From an uncultured virus (IMG/VR IMGVR_UViG_3300042475_003078) (taxonomy: Duplodnaviria > Heunggongvirae > Uroviricota > Caudoviricetes): a stretch of DNA of 64,000 bases. Where the stretch lies: IMG/VR virus record IMGVR_UViG_3300042475_003078. One strand, written 5' to 3'. The notes below the pieces were generated by a model that did not search any database, was not told the origin of the DNA, and worked only from the letters and a program-made list of their open reading frames with translations. Below, in pieces: positions 9,301 through 17,155 of this stretch; position 1 is the stretch's first letter, and each line of letters begins with the position of its first letter. The translations under genes and the position numbers were made by a program.

Positions 9301-10838
9301 TTTTTGATTGTGTAACGTACAATTTGACATGCGGGGGAATTACCTGCAGTTCTTCTAATATAAGAACCTTTGACTTTGGGTCCGGGACTATAACGACTTC
9401 TGGTAGTAGTGGCGCATTTGCGTTTGGAACTACGGAAACTACATCTGCTGATCTTACGATTGTTGCCGGAACTGCGCAAATTAACTGCACTGGAAGCAAC
9501 CCAACCTTTTCAGGAAATGGCAAAACCTTCTATAACGTCGCATTTACTGACACATCCGCAGGCACCGTCACCATCAACGGAGCCAACAGTTTTAACAACC
9601 TATCCTTCACCGGCATCACTTCTGCTGGTCTGAAGAACATCAGCGTCACAGCCAACCAGACCATCACCGGCACCTTCACCTGCTCAGCAGGCACCAACGC
9701 CACGATGCGTCACTTCGTCCGCTCTGACGCAATCGGCACCACACGCACATTGACCTGCGCGGCTGTCAGCCTCACTGACGTTGACTTCCGTGACATCACC
9801 ATAGCCGGTGCAGCAGCGCCAGCAACAGGCACGCGCATCGGCGACTGCAAGGGCAACAGCGGCATTACGTTCACGGCTGCGGCGAACAAGTATTGGAACC
9901 TCGCTGCTGGCGGCAACTGGGGTGGTGCTATTGGTTGGGCTACAGGCAGCGGCGGCACGCCGAACATCAACAACTTTCCGTTGGCACAGGACACCTGCTT
10001 CTTTGAAGCTACGGGGCTGAACAGTGGCGCTACCATCACCATCAACCAAGCCTACAACATCGGCACCATCGACATGTCGGCTAGGACGACGAATACGATG
10101 ACGTTGGCTTGTACATTTTCTCCAACTTTTTATGGTAATTGGGTAAATGGCACAGGAACCACAATAAGTGGTTCAGGTGGGTTTACTTTTGCAGGTAGAG
10201 GTTCTCAAACTATTACCAGCGCAGGTAAATCATTTACGCAAACAATTAGTATAGATACACCTAGTGGATCTGTTACATTGCAAGATGCGTTTGTCATGTC
10301 TGTGGGGTCGTCTCAGGCTTTAGCAATAACAAGAGGAACTTTTGATGCTGTTTCTTATAATGTAACGGCAACAGGTGTTGGTGCATCTAATAGCAATATA
10401 CGAACTGTAGCTATAGGCTCTGGAACTTGGACCTTAAGTGGAGCATCGGAGCAGTGGAGCACAACCACCTCCACCAACCTCACCGTCACCGGCACCGGCA
10501 CCATCAGCCTCACCTCCGCATCAGCCAAGACCTTCGCAGGCGGCGGCATCTCCTACAGCAGCATCACCCTCAACCAAGGCGGCGCAGGCACGCTGACCAT
10601 CAGCGGCAACAACACCTTCGCCAACATCACCAACACCTACAGCGCCACTGGTGCCACCACCATCGCCTTTGGCACAACGACACAGCGTGTTGGCAGCTTC
10701 ACTGCCACTGGTGAAGCTGGAAGAGTGTTGACGCTGACAGGCTCTTCTGCATCTTCTCCATGCACACTAGTCCACACAGGCTCTGGTACAGCAGCCGATG
10801 TTGACTATCTCACCATCACAGGCGTTAGGGCATACTAA
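6339..10838 (+). CDS. Large Thr/Gly-rich tail fibre/adhesin-like protein with internal repeats
   Basis: 1499 aa; RYWVGG.G.W...WST.SGG..GASVP x2; YW.....W....WA..SGG....NFPLAQDT x3; beta-helix-like composition. Confidence 0.8.
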   Translation: MADRYWVGGSGSWNSTTKWSTTSGGASGASVPTSSDNAIFDANSGTAHFIVTVTDNATCADLTITPEPVAGVTQFAVGVNFVIAGTLSTSGTEGNRRIWFRSSTYGLMRDMQIATIGTVTDVDFRDIRVTGTGGTLTGTRIGDLRGNNNITFDTPKTVYWVTLAGGSWSGNNWAASSGGAASTDNFPLAQDTAVIENTGLNTSATVTLDSAIPYIGTLDMSSRTNAMTLNFSAVGYTIYGNLTNGSGTAYSSTFGLTYSGRNTQVITSAGKTFTNDLTIDSYGGTVELADALNIGSRTLTVTNGTFDTKNYNVTASVITTNNTNVRGIKLGSSTLTLSNSTTAVQLGAINLSFDAGTSQINLTGNGGINGSGNTFYNVTFTSTTAATRSINNANTFNNVTVTAPATAGITTLAFDSNQTITGTLTVAGATAVRRIFVRSDTIGTTRTLTVGTLSADNCDFRDITIAGTAAGSSPTRAGDCGGNSGITFPAAKTVYWNLAGTQNWSATAWAPGSGGSPDINNFPLAQDTAVFDEAAGSVTGTITINAAWNIGTFDASLRTSAMTLTTSTNTPFVYGDWKFGTGVTSSSTAGTITFAKRGTQTITSNGITFGCPITIDSVTGVVQLADALSLDSTRTLTLTSGTFDAVSYNVTTGLFSAVFATSGSRLKMGSGTWTLSGTGSVWTGISSDVTFYKGTADIVLSNTSTSARTFTGGGLSYNKLTIGGATGTSTTTITGNNQFTELASTKTVAHTIALGSTTQTFGKWTVTGTAGNVVTLTGTGTAHILAGACTDSIDYLAMGSIGFAATSPGEFYAGANSTGTAAAPVYRTAKPADSTRYWVGGTGNWSDTARWSTSSGGGSGASVPRSHDDVVFDSASNATAYTATVDTVTGGIRMKSLTIAGPASGNVTLAGSTAIVGIHGNVTLPATGLTRTYTGAITLSGSTSGKVLTTNGVALASSITVNGVGCEWTLGSALDLSTVGGFTLVNGVFDCVTYNLTCGGITCSSSNIRTFDFGSGTITTSGSSGAFAFGTTETTSADLTIVAGTAQINCTGSNPTFSGNGKTFYNVAFTDTSAGTVTINGANSFNNLSFTGITSAGLKNISVTANQTITGTFTCSAGTNATMRHFVRSDAIGTTRTLTCAAVSLTDVDFRDITIAGAAAPATGTRIGDCKGNSGITFTAAANKYWNLAAGGNWGGAIGWATGSGGTPNINNFPLAQDTCFFEATGLNSGATITINQAYNIGTIDMSARTTNTMTLACTFSPTFYGNWVNGTGTTISGSGGFTFAGRGSQTITSAGKSFTQTISIDTPSGSVTLQDAFVMSVGSSQALAITRGTFDAVSYNVTATGVGASNSNIRTVAIGSGTWTLSGASEQWSTTTSTNLTVTGTGTISLTSASAKTFAGGGISYSSITLNQGGAGTLTISGNNTFANITNTYSATGATTIAFGTTTQRVGSFTATGEAGRVLTLTGSSASSPCTLVHTGSGTAADVDYLTITGVRAY

Positions 10839-12334
10839 TGAGCAACTGGTACGCTGGTAATAATAGCACCAACAACGGCTCCTTTGGTTGGCTCTTTGAA
10901 GCCAGTGGCGGTAGTCCTATCAGCGTCAATGCCACTGGTGTCAGCGCTACAGGCTCTGTTGGTAACGTCAATGTCAATGTAGGCATTTCTGTAGACGTCA
11001 CAGGCGTCAGTGCCACAGGTGCTGTTGGTAGCGTCACTGTTGTCTTTGTAACGTCAGTGCCTGTGACAGGCGTCAGCGCTACAGCCTCTGTTGGTAGTGT
11101 TGATGTCAACACAGACGCTAACGTAGACGTCACAGGAGTCAGCGCTACAGCCTCTGTAGGCTCTGTTACTGTTGAAGCTGATGCTGTCGTAGATGTCACT
11201 GGTGTTAGCGCTACAGGAGCTATAGGCTCTGTTGCTGTCACAGGTGATGCCAACGTTGCTGCTGTTGGTGTCAGCGCCACAGGCACCATTGGCACTGTAG
11301 GCTTCATCACCAACAACACCTTTGGTGTCACAGGTGTCAGTGCTACCGTCTCTGTTGGCACTGTTACCATCACCTTTGACACCAAAGCCAACGTCACTGG
11401 TGTAAGCGCTACAGGTGCTACAGGCTCTGTTGCTGTTACTGGCACTGCTGTCGTAGACGTCACAGGTGTTAGCGCTACAACGACATTAGGCGATGAAGTT
11501 GTTGTTGCTAAGGCTGTTGTAGACGTCACAGGCGTTAGCGCTACAACAACGTTAGGCTCTGTTGCTGTCACCACCACAGCCAATGTCAGTGCTGTTGGTG
11601 TTAGCGCTATAGGCGCTGTAGGCTCTGTTGTTGTCACAGCAGATGCTGTTGTAGATGTCACCGGCGTTAGCGCTACAACAACATTAGGCAACGAAGTTGT
11701 CACTGCTGATGCCAATGCCTATCCCAATGGCAACATCCTTAACGGAAGCATTGGAGACGTAGACCACAGCACCAATGCCAACATCAGCGTCACTGGTGTT
11801 AGCGCTACCATCTCCTTAGGTACTGCTGTTGCGTCCATTGCCATCACAGCAACGACAACAGGTGTTAGCGCTACAACGTCCTTAGGTGATGAGACAGTAG
11901 ATACAACAGCCAATGTAAGTGCTGTTGGTGTAAGCGCTACAGGCGTTGTAGGCAATGTAGACTTCATCACCAACGCCAGCTTCGATGTTGTAGGCGTAAG
12001 CGCTACAGCATTCGTTCAGACAGTCATTGTCATTGCAAAAGCACAGGTGTTTGCTGCTGGTGTTGTAGGCACTACAGCGTTGGGTAATGAAGCAGTAGTC
12101 AACACCTCCTTTGACTATGAAGCTGTTAAAGAGCTGTATGAAAGACTACGCACTGTCTATGTAGGCTCTAAAGATGAAAGAAAGACCTACATTGATGGTC
12201 AAGCAAGAAAAGTGTATGTTGACGGTAGAGACACAAGAAGAGTGTCTGTTGATGCTCAACAACGCATTGTCTATGTCACTTCCGATAGAACAACATCTTC
12301 TAGTGAACGAAGAGCCTATGTAGGCTTGAGTTGA
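10838..12334 (+). CDS. Repeat-rich virion protein (V.VTGVSAT..[VL]G.V, ~20-aa unit)
   Basis: About 20 tandem units encoded by degenerate ggtgtcagcgctaca repeats; start overlaps the previous stop (TAATG). Confidence 0.75.
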   Translation: MSNWYAGNNSTNNGSFGWLFEASGGSPISVNATGVSATGSVGNVNVNVGISVDVTGVSATGAVGSVTVVFVTSVPVTGVSATASVGSVDVNTDANVDVTGVSATASVGSVTVEADAVVDVTGVSATGAIGSVAVTGDANVAAVGVSATGTIGTVGFITNNTFGVTGVSATVSVGTVTITFDTKANVTGVSATGATGSVAVTGTAVVDVTGVSATTTLGDEVVVAKAVVDVTGVSATTTLGSVAVTTTANVSAVGVSAIGAVGSVVVTADAVVDVTGVSATTTLGNEVVTADANAYPNGNILNGSIGDVDHSTNANISVTGVSATISLGTAVASIAITATTTGVSATTSLGDETVDTTANVSAVGVSATGVVGNVDFITNASFDVVGVSATAFVQTVIVIAKAQVFAAGVVGTTALGNEAVVNTSFDYEAVKELYERLRTVYVGSKDERKTYIDGQARKVYVDGRDTRRVSVDAQQRIVYVTSDRTTSSSERRAYVGLS

Positions 12335-12359
12335 CAAAAGTAGTGTTTACTTTTATAAC
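12331..12359 (+). promoter_or_regulatory. Sigma70-type promoter
   Basis: TTGACA-N17-TATAAC upstream of the AAGGA RBS and ATG 12379. Confidence 0.7.
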
Positions 12360-12378
12360 ACCAGGCTAAGGAAATCCT

Positions 12379-12699
12379 ATGTCGTATAAATGGCCCAACA
12401 AAGACCCTGATGAAATCTTGGACTACAGCGTAGACTGGTCTAGATGGCTTGGCACGGGTGTCACTATTTCTACTGTAGCCTGGTTCGTTGACAACGCCTC
12501 TGGTGTCAAGACAGCCTTCAATGCTACCAATGTTGTCAACGGTCTTCAGAACGTGTCACAGACAGCTACAACCACTGTTGCCACTATCAACCTTGGCTTA
12601 GGCACAGTGAACAAAGAATACAAAATCTATTGTCGTATCACCGACAGTAGTGGATCTATTGCTGAGCGTGTCATCAAGCTCAACATCAAGGAAAACTAA
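12379..12699 (+). CDS. Fibre/tail adaptor-like protein
   Basis: KDPDEILDYSVDW motif typical of small phage adaptor proteins. Confidence 0.65.
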   Translation: MSYKWPNKDPDEILDYSVDWSRWLGTGVTISTVAWFVDNASGVKTAFNATNVVNGLQNVSQTATTTVATINLGLGTVNKEYKIYCRITDSSGSIAERVIKLNIKEN

Positions 12700-13421
12700 T
12701 GGCATACAACTACCTTGAACTTGTCAACGCTGTCAACAGAAAGCTGAATGAGGTTGAACTCACTTCAGCGACCTTTGCTACGGCTAAGGGTTGGTATGCT
12801 CAATGCAAAGACGCCATCAATGCTTCTCTGCGTGACATCAACCAAAGCCATTTTGAATGGCCTTTCAATCATGTCAGCACAGAAGAGACGTTGACGGCTG
12901 GTACAAGCAGATATGCTTTTCCTATCGATGCTGGCTCTCTTGACTTTGATAGCTTCAGAGTCAAAGAAGACAGCACCTTTGGCAACAAGACAACGAAGCT
13001 GGAAGTGCTGACATATGATGACTATCTGAAGCACTATGTAGACCAAGAATATTCTTCTGACACCAGCATCAGAAATGTTCCCAGCAGAGTCTGCAACGCT
13101 CCTTCACAAGAATACATCGTCGTACCTCCGCCAAAGGAAGCGTACAAACTCGTCTACGAATACTATCGTATTCCTGTTGATCTGGAGAAGTTTGACGATG
13201 TTCCCTTTATTCCTGAGAGATATAAGCATGTCGTCTTAGACGGTGCTATGTATCATTCGTATATGTTCAGAGGGAATGAACAAGCTGCTACGTTGTCAAA
13301 GACTAAGTTTGATGAAGGCATCAAGAGAATGAGAACAGTGCTCATCAACAAGTATGAGTATCTGACATCGACCTATGTAGCAACAGGTCCGTTCTTCATT
13401 GCTGGTCCGAGGCTCGGCTGA
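12699..13421 (+). CDS. Tail tubular/adaptor protein (T7 gp11 / P22 gp4 position)
   Basis: YLELVN.V...LNE, EWPF and P.IPERY motifs; position before the nozzle gene. Confidence 0.7.
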   Translation: MAYNYLELVNAVNRKLNEVELTSATFATAKGWYAQCKDAINASLRDINQSHFEWPFNHVSTEETLTAGTSRYAFPIDAGSLDFDSFRVKEDSTFGNKTTKLEVLTYDDYLKHYVDQEYSSDTSIRNVPSRVCNAPSQEYIVVPPPKEAYKLVYEYYRIPVDLEKFDDVPFIPERYKHVVLDGAMYHSYMFRGNEQAATLSKTKFDEGIKRMRTVLINKYEYLTSTYVATGPFFIAGPRLG

Positions 13422-13422
13422 T

Positions 13423-15453
13423 ATGGACAGAATTGAGAGTTTTCCTGTAGCGTGCTCTGGTGGACTCATCACCAACCTATCTCCTATTGAGCAAGCAAAT
13501 CAGTTTCCTGGTAGTGCTAGAGAGCTTGTCAATTTTGAATGTTCTTTGAAGGGTGGATACAGGCGCATCAAAGGCTATAGAAAGCTCAACACTTCTCCTG
13601 TTCCTGTCTTTGCAACGATGTTGGTAAAGCAAGCACACAGCGCTGGTGCTACCTCCATTGTTATCTCTGATCCTTTCTTTCAGCTAGATCAAAACATCAC
13701 CTTTACCATTGCTGGACAGGCTACGGTGTATACGGTGTCTTCTCGTAGTTATTACGACGAAGGTAGATCAGCCACTGTCAATTTTAGTCCTGCTCTATCT
13801 GCCAACGTTGCTGACAAGGCTGTTGTTACCATCACAGGCTATACAGGCATTGGTGTTTCATATGCTCAAGCATCAGCGTTCTATCCTATGTTGTGTGTGC
13901 AGCCACCTAGAGCATACATTAGCACGTCTGGGTATCATTCCTTTTTGTCTAATGCATTAGATCCTGTTAGTGCTACTTCTTTTAGTGCTGTTCCCTACCA
14001 CAACGGAACAACATTGGTTGATGGAGCAGGACAGACAGGTACAACATTAGTTGTTGATGGTCTTGTTTTTAAGCCAGACGTTGGAGACACCTTTTACATC
14101 AGTGGCGTTACAGATGTTTATTCGGTGTTATCTGCTACCGACTTGGTAGGAACACAATCAACACTTACTTTAGCGCAGAGTCTTACATCCTCTCCTGCAA
14201 ATAATGCAGCTATCACTTGGTATCACTCGGGTCTTGTAAAAAACATTTCTGCTTCTGCGTTGAGGAGACAGCACGCTAGATTCATCAAAGACGGCATTGA
14301 AAACATTGTCTTTGTCACAGGAGACTATCCTGTTCTCATTGAGCCTTTGAAAGGTTATCGACTCCTTAACGAAAACAGCGAGGTTGATGGTGCTTCTTGT
14401 GTTGCTTATCACAAAGACCATTTATTCTTCGGTGTAGGTAACAAACTTATTCACACAGCTCCTTTTGACGTCTATTCCTATGATCCAGCATTAGGTAGTG
14501 CTGTCTATCTTTTTGATGGGATCATCACGGGTCTTCGTTCTTTTAGAGATCAACTCATCGTCTTCACTACAACAAAGATTTATAGATTTACAGGCAGCAC
14601 TGTTGAAGATTTTGCTAGAAGCCCTGTCACAGAAAGCATAGGTTGTACCAATCCTGAATCAATTCATGAAGTTGGTGGTGACCTTGCTTTTCAGACCAAC
14701 GACGGAATACGTTTGTTAGGTGCTACAGAACGCCTAGGAGATTTGAACATAGGCTCTATCACTGCCAGTATTCAAGACAAGATTGAGGCTGTCATTGCCC
14801 CTTCTGCCAGCACTTCTAATTCTGTGTTTCAAACAAGTGTTGTCATCAACGCAAAGAGTCAATATCGTATTTTTAGATATGACTATGCAGGCGCAGAAGC
14901 AGACTCCATAGGTCTTATTGGTACGTTGAAAGACCAAGGCAAATTTGAATGGGCAGAAACAAAAGCATTTAGTGTTTGGTTTGCTGATTACAACTACGGT
15001 TTTGTTGGTCTCAACTTCACCAATGAAGGCAGAGTGAATGAACTCACTGTGTTCTGCAATGGCTACGATCCTTATCTATATCAAATGGATAGCGGAAACA
15101 CCTTTGACGGCACTACCATAACAGCAACATATACAACACCATTCTTCTATTTCAACGACCCCAAGACTAGAAAGACTCTGCATTCCTTATCTGTGTCAAC
15201 AGAGAGAGATGTAAACATTGCTTTCACAGCCAATGTCCTTCTTGACTTCAATGAGTCTGATGTTATTCAACCTGCTTCCATTTCTATGGGTAACACATCA
15301 GGAATCTTTGGAGACAACATCGGATCAAACTTTGAGACGTTGCTCATTGGCAACGGTAAAAATGCGTCAATTCAGTTTGTCAGCAGCGCGGCTAACACCG
15401 ACTTTAGCTTCAAAGACATGACAATTGAATATAGCACCAATGATAGAAGGTAG
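13423..15453 (+). CDS. Tail nozzle/stabilisation protein (tubular B-like)
   Basis: GGL.TN, NFE..L.GGYRRI.GY and IGC....SI.EVGGD motifs; ATG 13423 lies 1 nt after the upstream stop. Confidence 0.7.
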   Translation: MDRIESFPVACSGGLITNLSPIEQANQFPGSARELVNFECSLKGGYRRIKGYRKLNTSPVPVFATMLVKQAHSAGATSIVISDPFFQLDQNITFTIAGQATVYTVSSRSYYDEGRSATVNFSPALSANVADKAVVTITGYTGIGVSYAQASAFYPMLCVQPPRAYISTSGYHSFLSNALDPVSATSFSAVPYHNGTTLVDGAGQTGTTLVVDGLVFKPDVGDTFYISGVTDVYSVLSATDLVGTQSTLTLAQSLTSSPANNAAITWYHSGLVKNISASALRRQHARFIKDGIENIVFVTGDYPVLIEPLKGYRLLNENSEVDGASCVAYHKDHLFFGVGNKLIHTAPFDVYSYDPALGSAVYLFDGIITGLRSFRDQLIVFTTTKIYRFTGSTVEDFARSPVTESIGCTNPESIHEVGGDLAFQTNDGIRLLGATERLGDLNIGSITASIQDKIEAVIAPSASTSNSVFQTSVVINAKSQYRIFRYDYAGAEADSIGLIGTLKDQGKFEWAETKAFSVWFADYNYGFVGLNFTNEGRVNELTVFCNGYDPYLYQMDSGNTFDGTTITATYTTPFFYFNDPKTRKTLHSLSVSTERDVNIAFTANVLLDFNESDVIQPASISMGNTSGIFGDNIGSNFETLLIGNGKNASIQFVSSAANTDFSFKDMTIEYSTNDRR

Positions 15454-15459
15454 TAGTCT

Positions 15460-15651
15460 ATGTCGTCTTCACAACAAGCAGCAGAGTCTGGTGCTGTCCT
15501 TATTGCTAAGGCTGCACCACCAGCAACGGTGTCATTAGCTACATTGGCTGGTTACCAGGTGTCAGAATTGTTGCTATGGGCAACCCTTATCTACACAGTG
15601 TTGATGATTGGACACAAACTCTACACCATCTATAAAGACCTAACATCGTGA
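15460..15651 (+). CDS. Small membrane protein, holin-like
   Basis: 63 aa with a hydrophobic segment, in the lysis cluster. Confidence 0.5.
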   Translation: MSSSQQAAESGAVLIAKAAPPATVSLATLAGYQVSELLLWATLIYTVLMIGHKLYTIYKDLTS

Positions 15652-16136
15652 TAGATCCTGTTAGCGCCTTTGCTGCTGCCACTGCTGCCTACAACGCCAT
15701 CAAAAGAGGCATTGAACTAGGACAAGAAATTGAAGGAATGGCTTCACAGCTTGGGCAATGGTTTGGTGCTTGTGCTGAGGTAAAGAAAGCTGAAGAAGAA
15801 GCCAACAATCCTTCTGTGTTTAAGAAGCTGCTTCATAAAGGCTCTGTTGAACAGGAAGCCTTGGAAGCATTGATGCGACGTAAGAAGATTGAAGAGCAAG
15901 AGAGCGAGCTTAGGACAATGATACTTTATAGGTACGGACAAGGTGCCTACAGAGAGATGATAGAGGAACGTAGGAAGATTGAAACAAGACGTAAACGTCA
16001 AGAACATCTTCAAGCAGAAAAACGCAAACAGATGGCTTTAAATACGTTTATGGTGTCTGTCATCATCTTTTGTTCCTACCTCATCTACGTCATCTCAGAC
16101 TTCATTCTCACTCATTTGAAAGGAAACGAATTATGA
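15648..16136 (+). CDS. Coiled-coil protein with C-terminal transmembrane helix
   Basis: MIDPVSA start, charged helix, hydrophobic tail. Confidence 0.6.
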   Translation: MIDPVSAFAAATAAYNAIKRGIELGQEIEGMASQLGQWFGACAEVKKAEEEANNPSVFKKLLHKGSVEQEALEALMRRKKIEEQESELRTMILYRYGQGAYREMIEERRKIETRRKRQEHLQAEKRKQMALNTFMVSVIIFCSYLIYVISDFILTHLKGNEL

Positions 16137-16639
16137 TGAGCCTGTTATCAACTGTGTTGTCTTTCTTAATGGGAGGCTTACCTAAGCTGCTTGACTTCTT
16201 TCAAGACAGAGAGGATAAGAAGCATGAGCTTGCTTTAGCTCGTATGCAGAACGACAAAGAGCTTCAATTGATGGAGAAAGGCTTTGCTGCTCAAGCCCGC
16301 GTCGAAGAAATCAGAACAGATCAAATGCAGGTTGATGCCAGCATTCGACAACAAGAAGCTACGGTAGATCATCAGAAGGCTTTGCTGGCCCACGACATTG
16401 CTATTGGCAAAGGAGCTAGTTTGTGGGTAACAAACTTAAGAGCCAGCATCAGACCTGTTGTCACCCTCATCTTTGTTCTTGAGCTTGTCATCATCAACTT
16501 TGCCATTATTTGGTGGGGCTGGTCTGAGGGCTTAGATTTCATCACTGTCGCTAGCCAAGCATTCACTGAAGATGAGATGATCATTCTGTCTTCCATCATT
16601 GCCTTCTGGTTTGGTACACAAGCCTTCTCTAAGAAATGA
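16133..16639 (+). CDS. Holin-like 3-TM protein
   Basis: W...LRASIRP.VT and FWFG motifs; immediately upstream of the lysozyme. Confidence 0.6.
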   Translation: MMSLLSTVLSFLMGGLPKLLDFFQDREDKKHELALARMQNDKELQLMEKGFAAQARVEEIRTDQMQVDASIRQQEATVDHQKALLAHDIAIGKGASLWVTNLRASIRPVVTLIFVLELVIINFAIIWWGWSEGLDFITVASQAFTEDEMIILSSIIAFWFGTQAFSKK

Positions 16640-17145
16640 AGACAAGCAAGAAAGGTCTTGATTTGATGCATCGCTTTGAAGGGTGCATGTCAAAGCCCTA
16701 TCTTTGTCCTGCTCACATCTGGACTATTGGGTATGGTCATGTTCTCTATCAAGAACAGATTAAGCTCCCTGTTATCAGAAATGACAACTACTCTGGCATA
16801 ATTCGCAAGGAATATCCTCTTAAAAAAAAGGATAACAGAGTGTGGAGCAAAGATGAAATTAACGAGCTTTTTGAGAAAGACATTGAATTATTTGAGCGAG
16901 GTGTACTTCGTCTTGCTCCTGTCCTTGCTGGTCGTCAAGGAGCATTCGACGCTTGTGTCTCTTTTGCCTTTAATGCTGGGCTAGGTAATTTTCAACGCTC
17001 TAGCATTCGTATGGCTATCAACAGACAGGATTGGGAGAAAGCAGCAGACAGCTTTATGGCTTGGACTAAAGGTGGCGGCAAAGTGTTGCCTGGCCTAGTC
17101 AGGCGCAGAGAAGCTGAGAAGGCTTTGTTCTTGAGCGACATTTAA
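16636..17145 (+). CDS. Endolysin, GH24 lysozyme
   Basis: FEG....PY.CPA..WTIGYGH, SFAFN.G.G and GL..RREAE motifs. Confidence 0.92.
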   Translation: MKTSKKGLDLMHRFEGCMSKPYLCPAHIWTIGYGHVLYQEQIKLPVIRNDNYSGIIRKEYPLKKKDNRVWSKDEINELFEKDIELFERGVLRLAPVLAGRQGAFDACVSFAFNAGLGNFQRSSIRMAINRQDWEKAADSFMAWTKGGGKVLPGLVRRREAEKALFLSDI

Positions 17146-17155
17146 TAGGAAGAAT

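Noticed and set aside
10825..11973. Minus-strand repeat ORFs (VALTPVT)
   Set aside because: Mirror of the plus-strand TGVSAT repeat gene.
6339..12334. Diversity-generating retroelement acting on fibre genes
   Set aside because: No reverse transcriptase in the window, and repeat differences are not adenine-specific.
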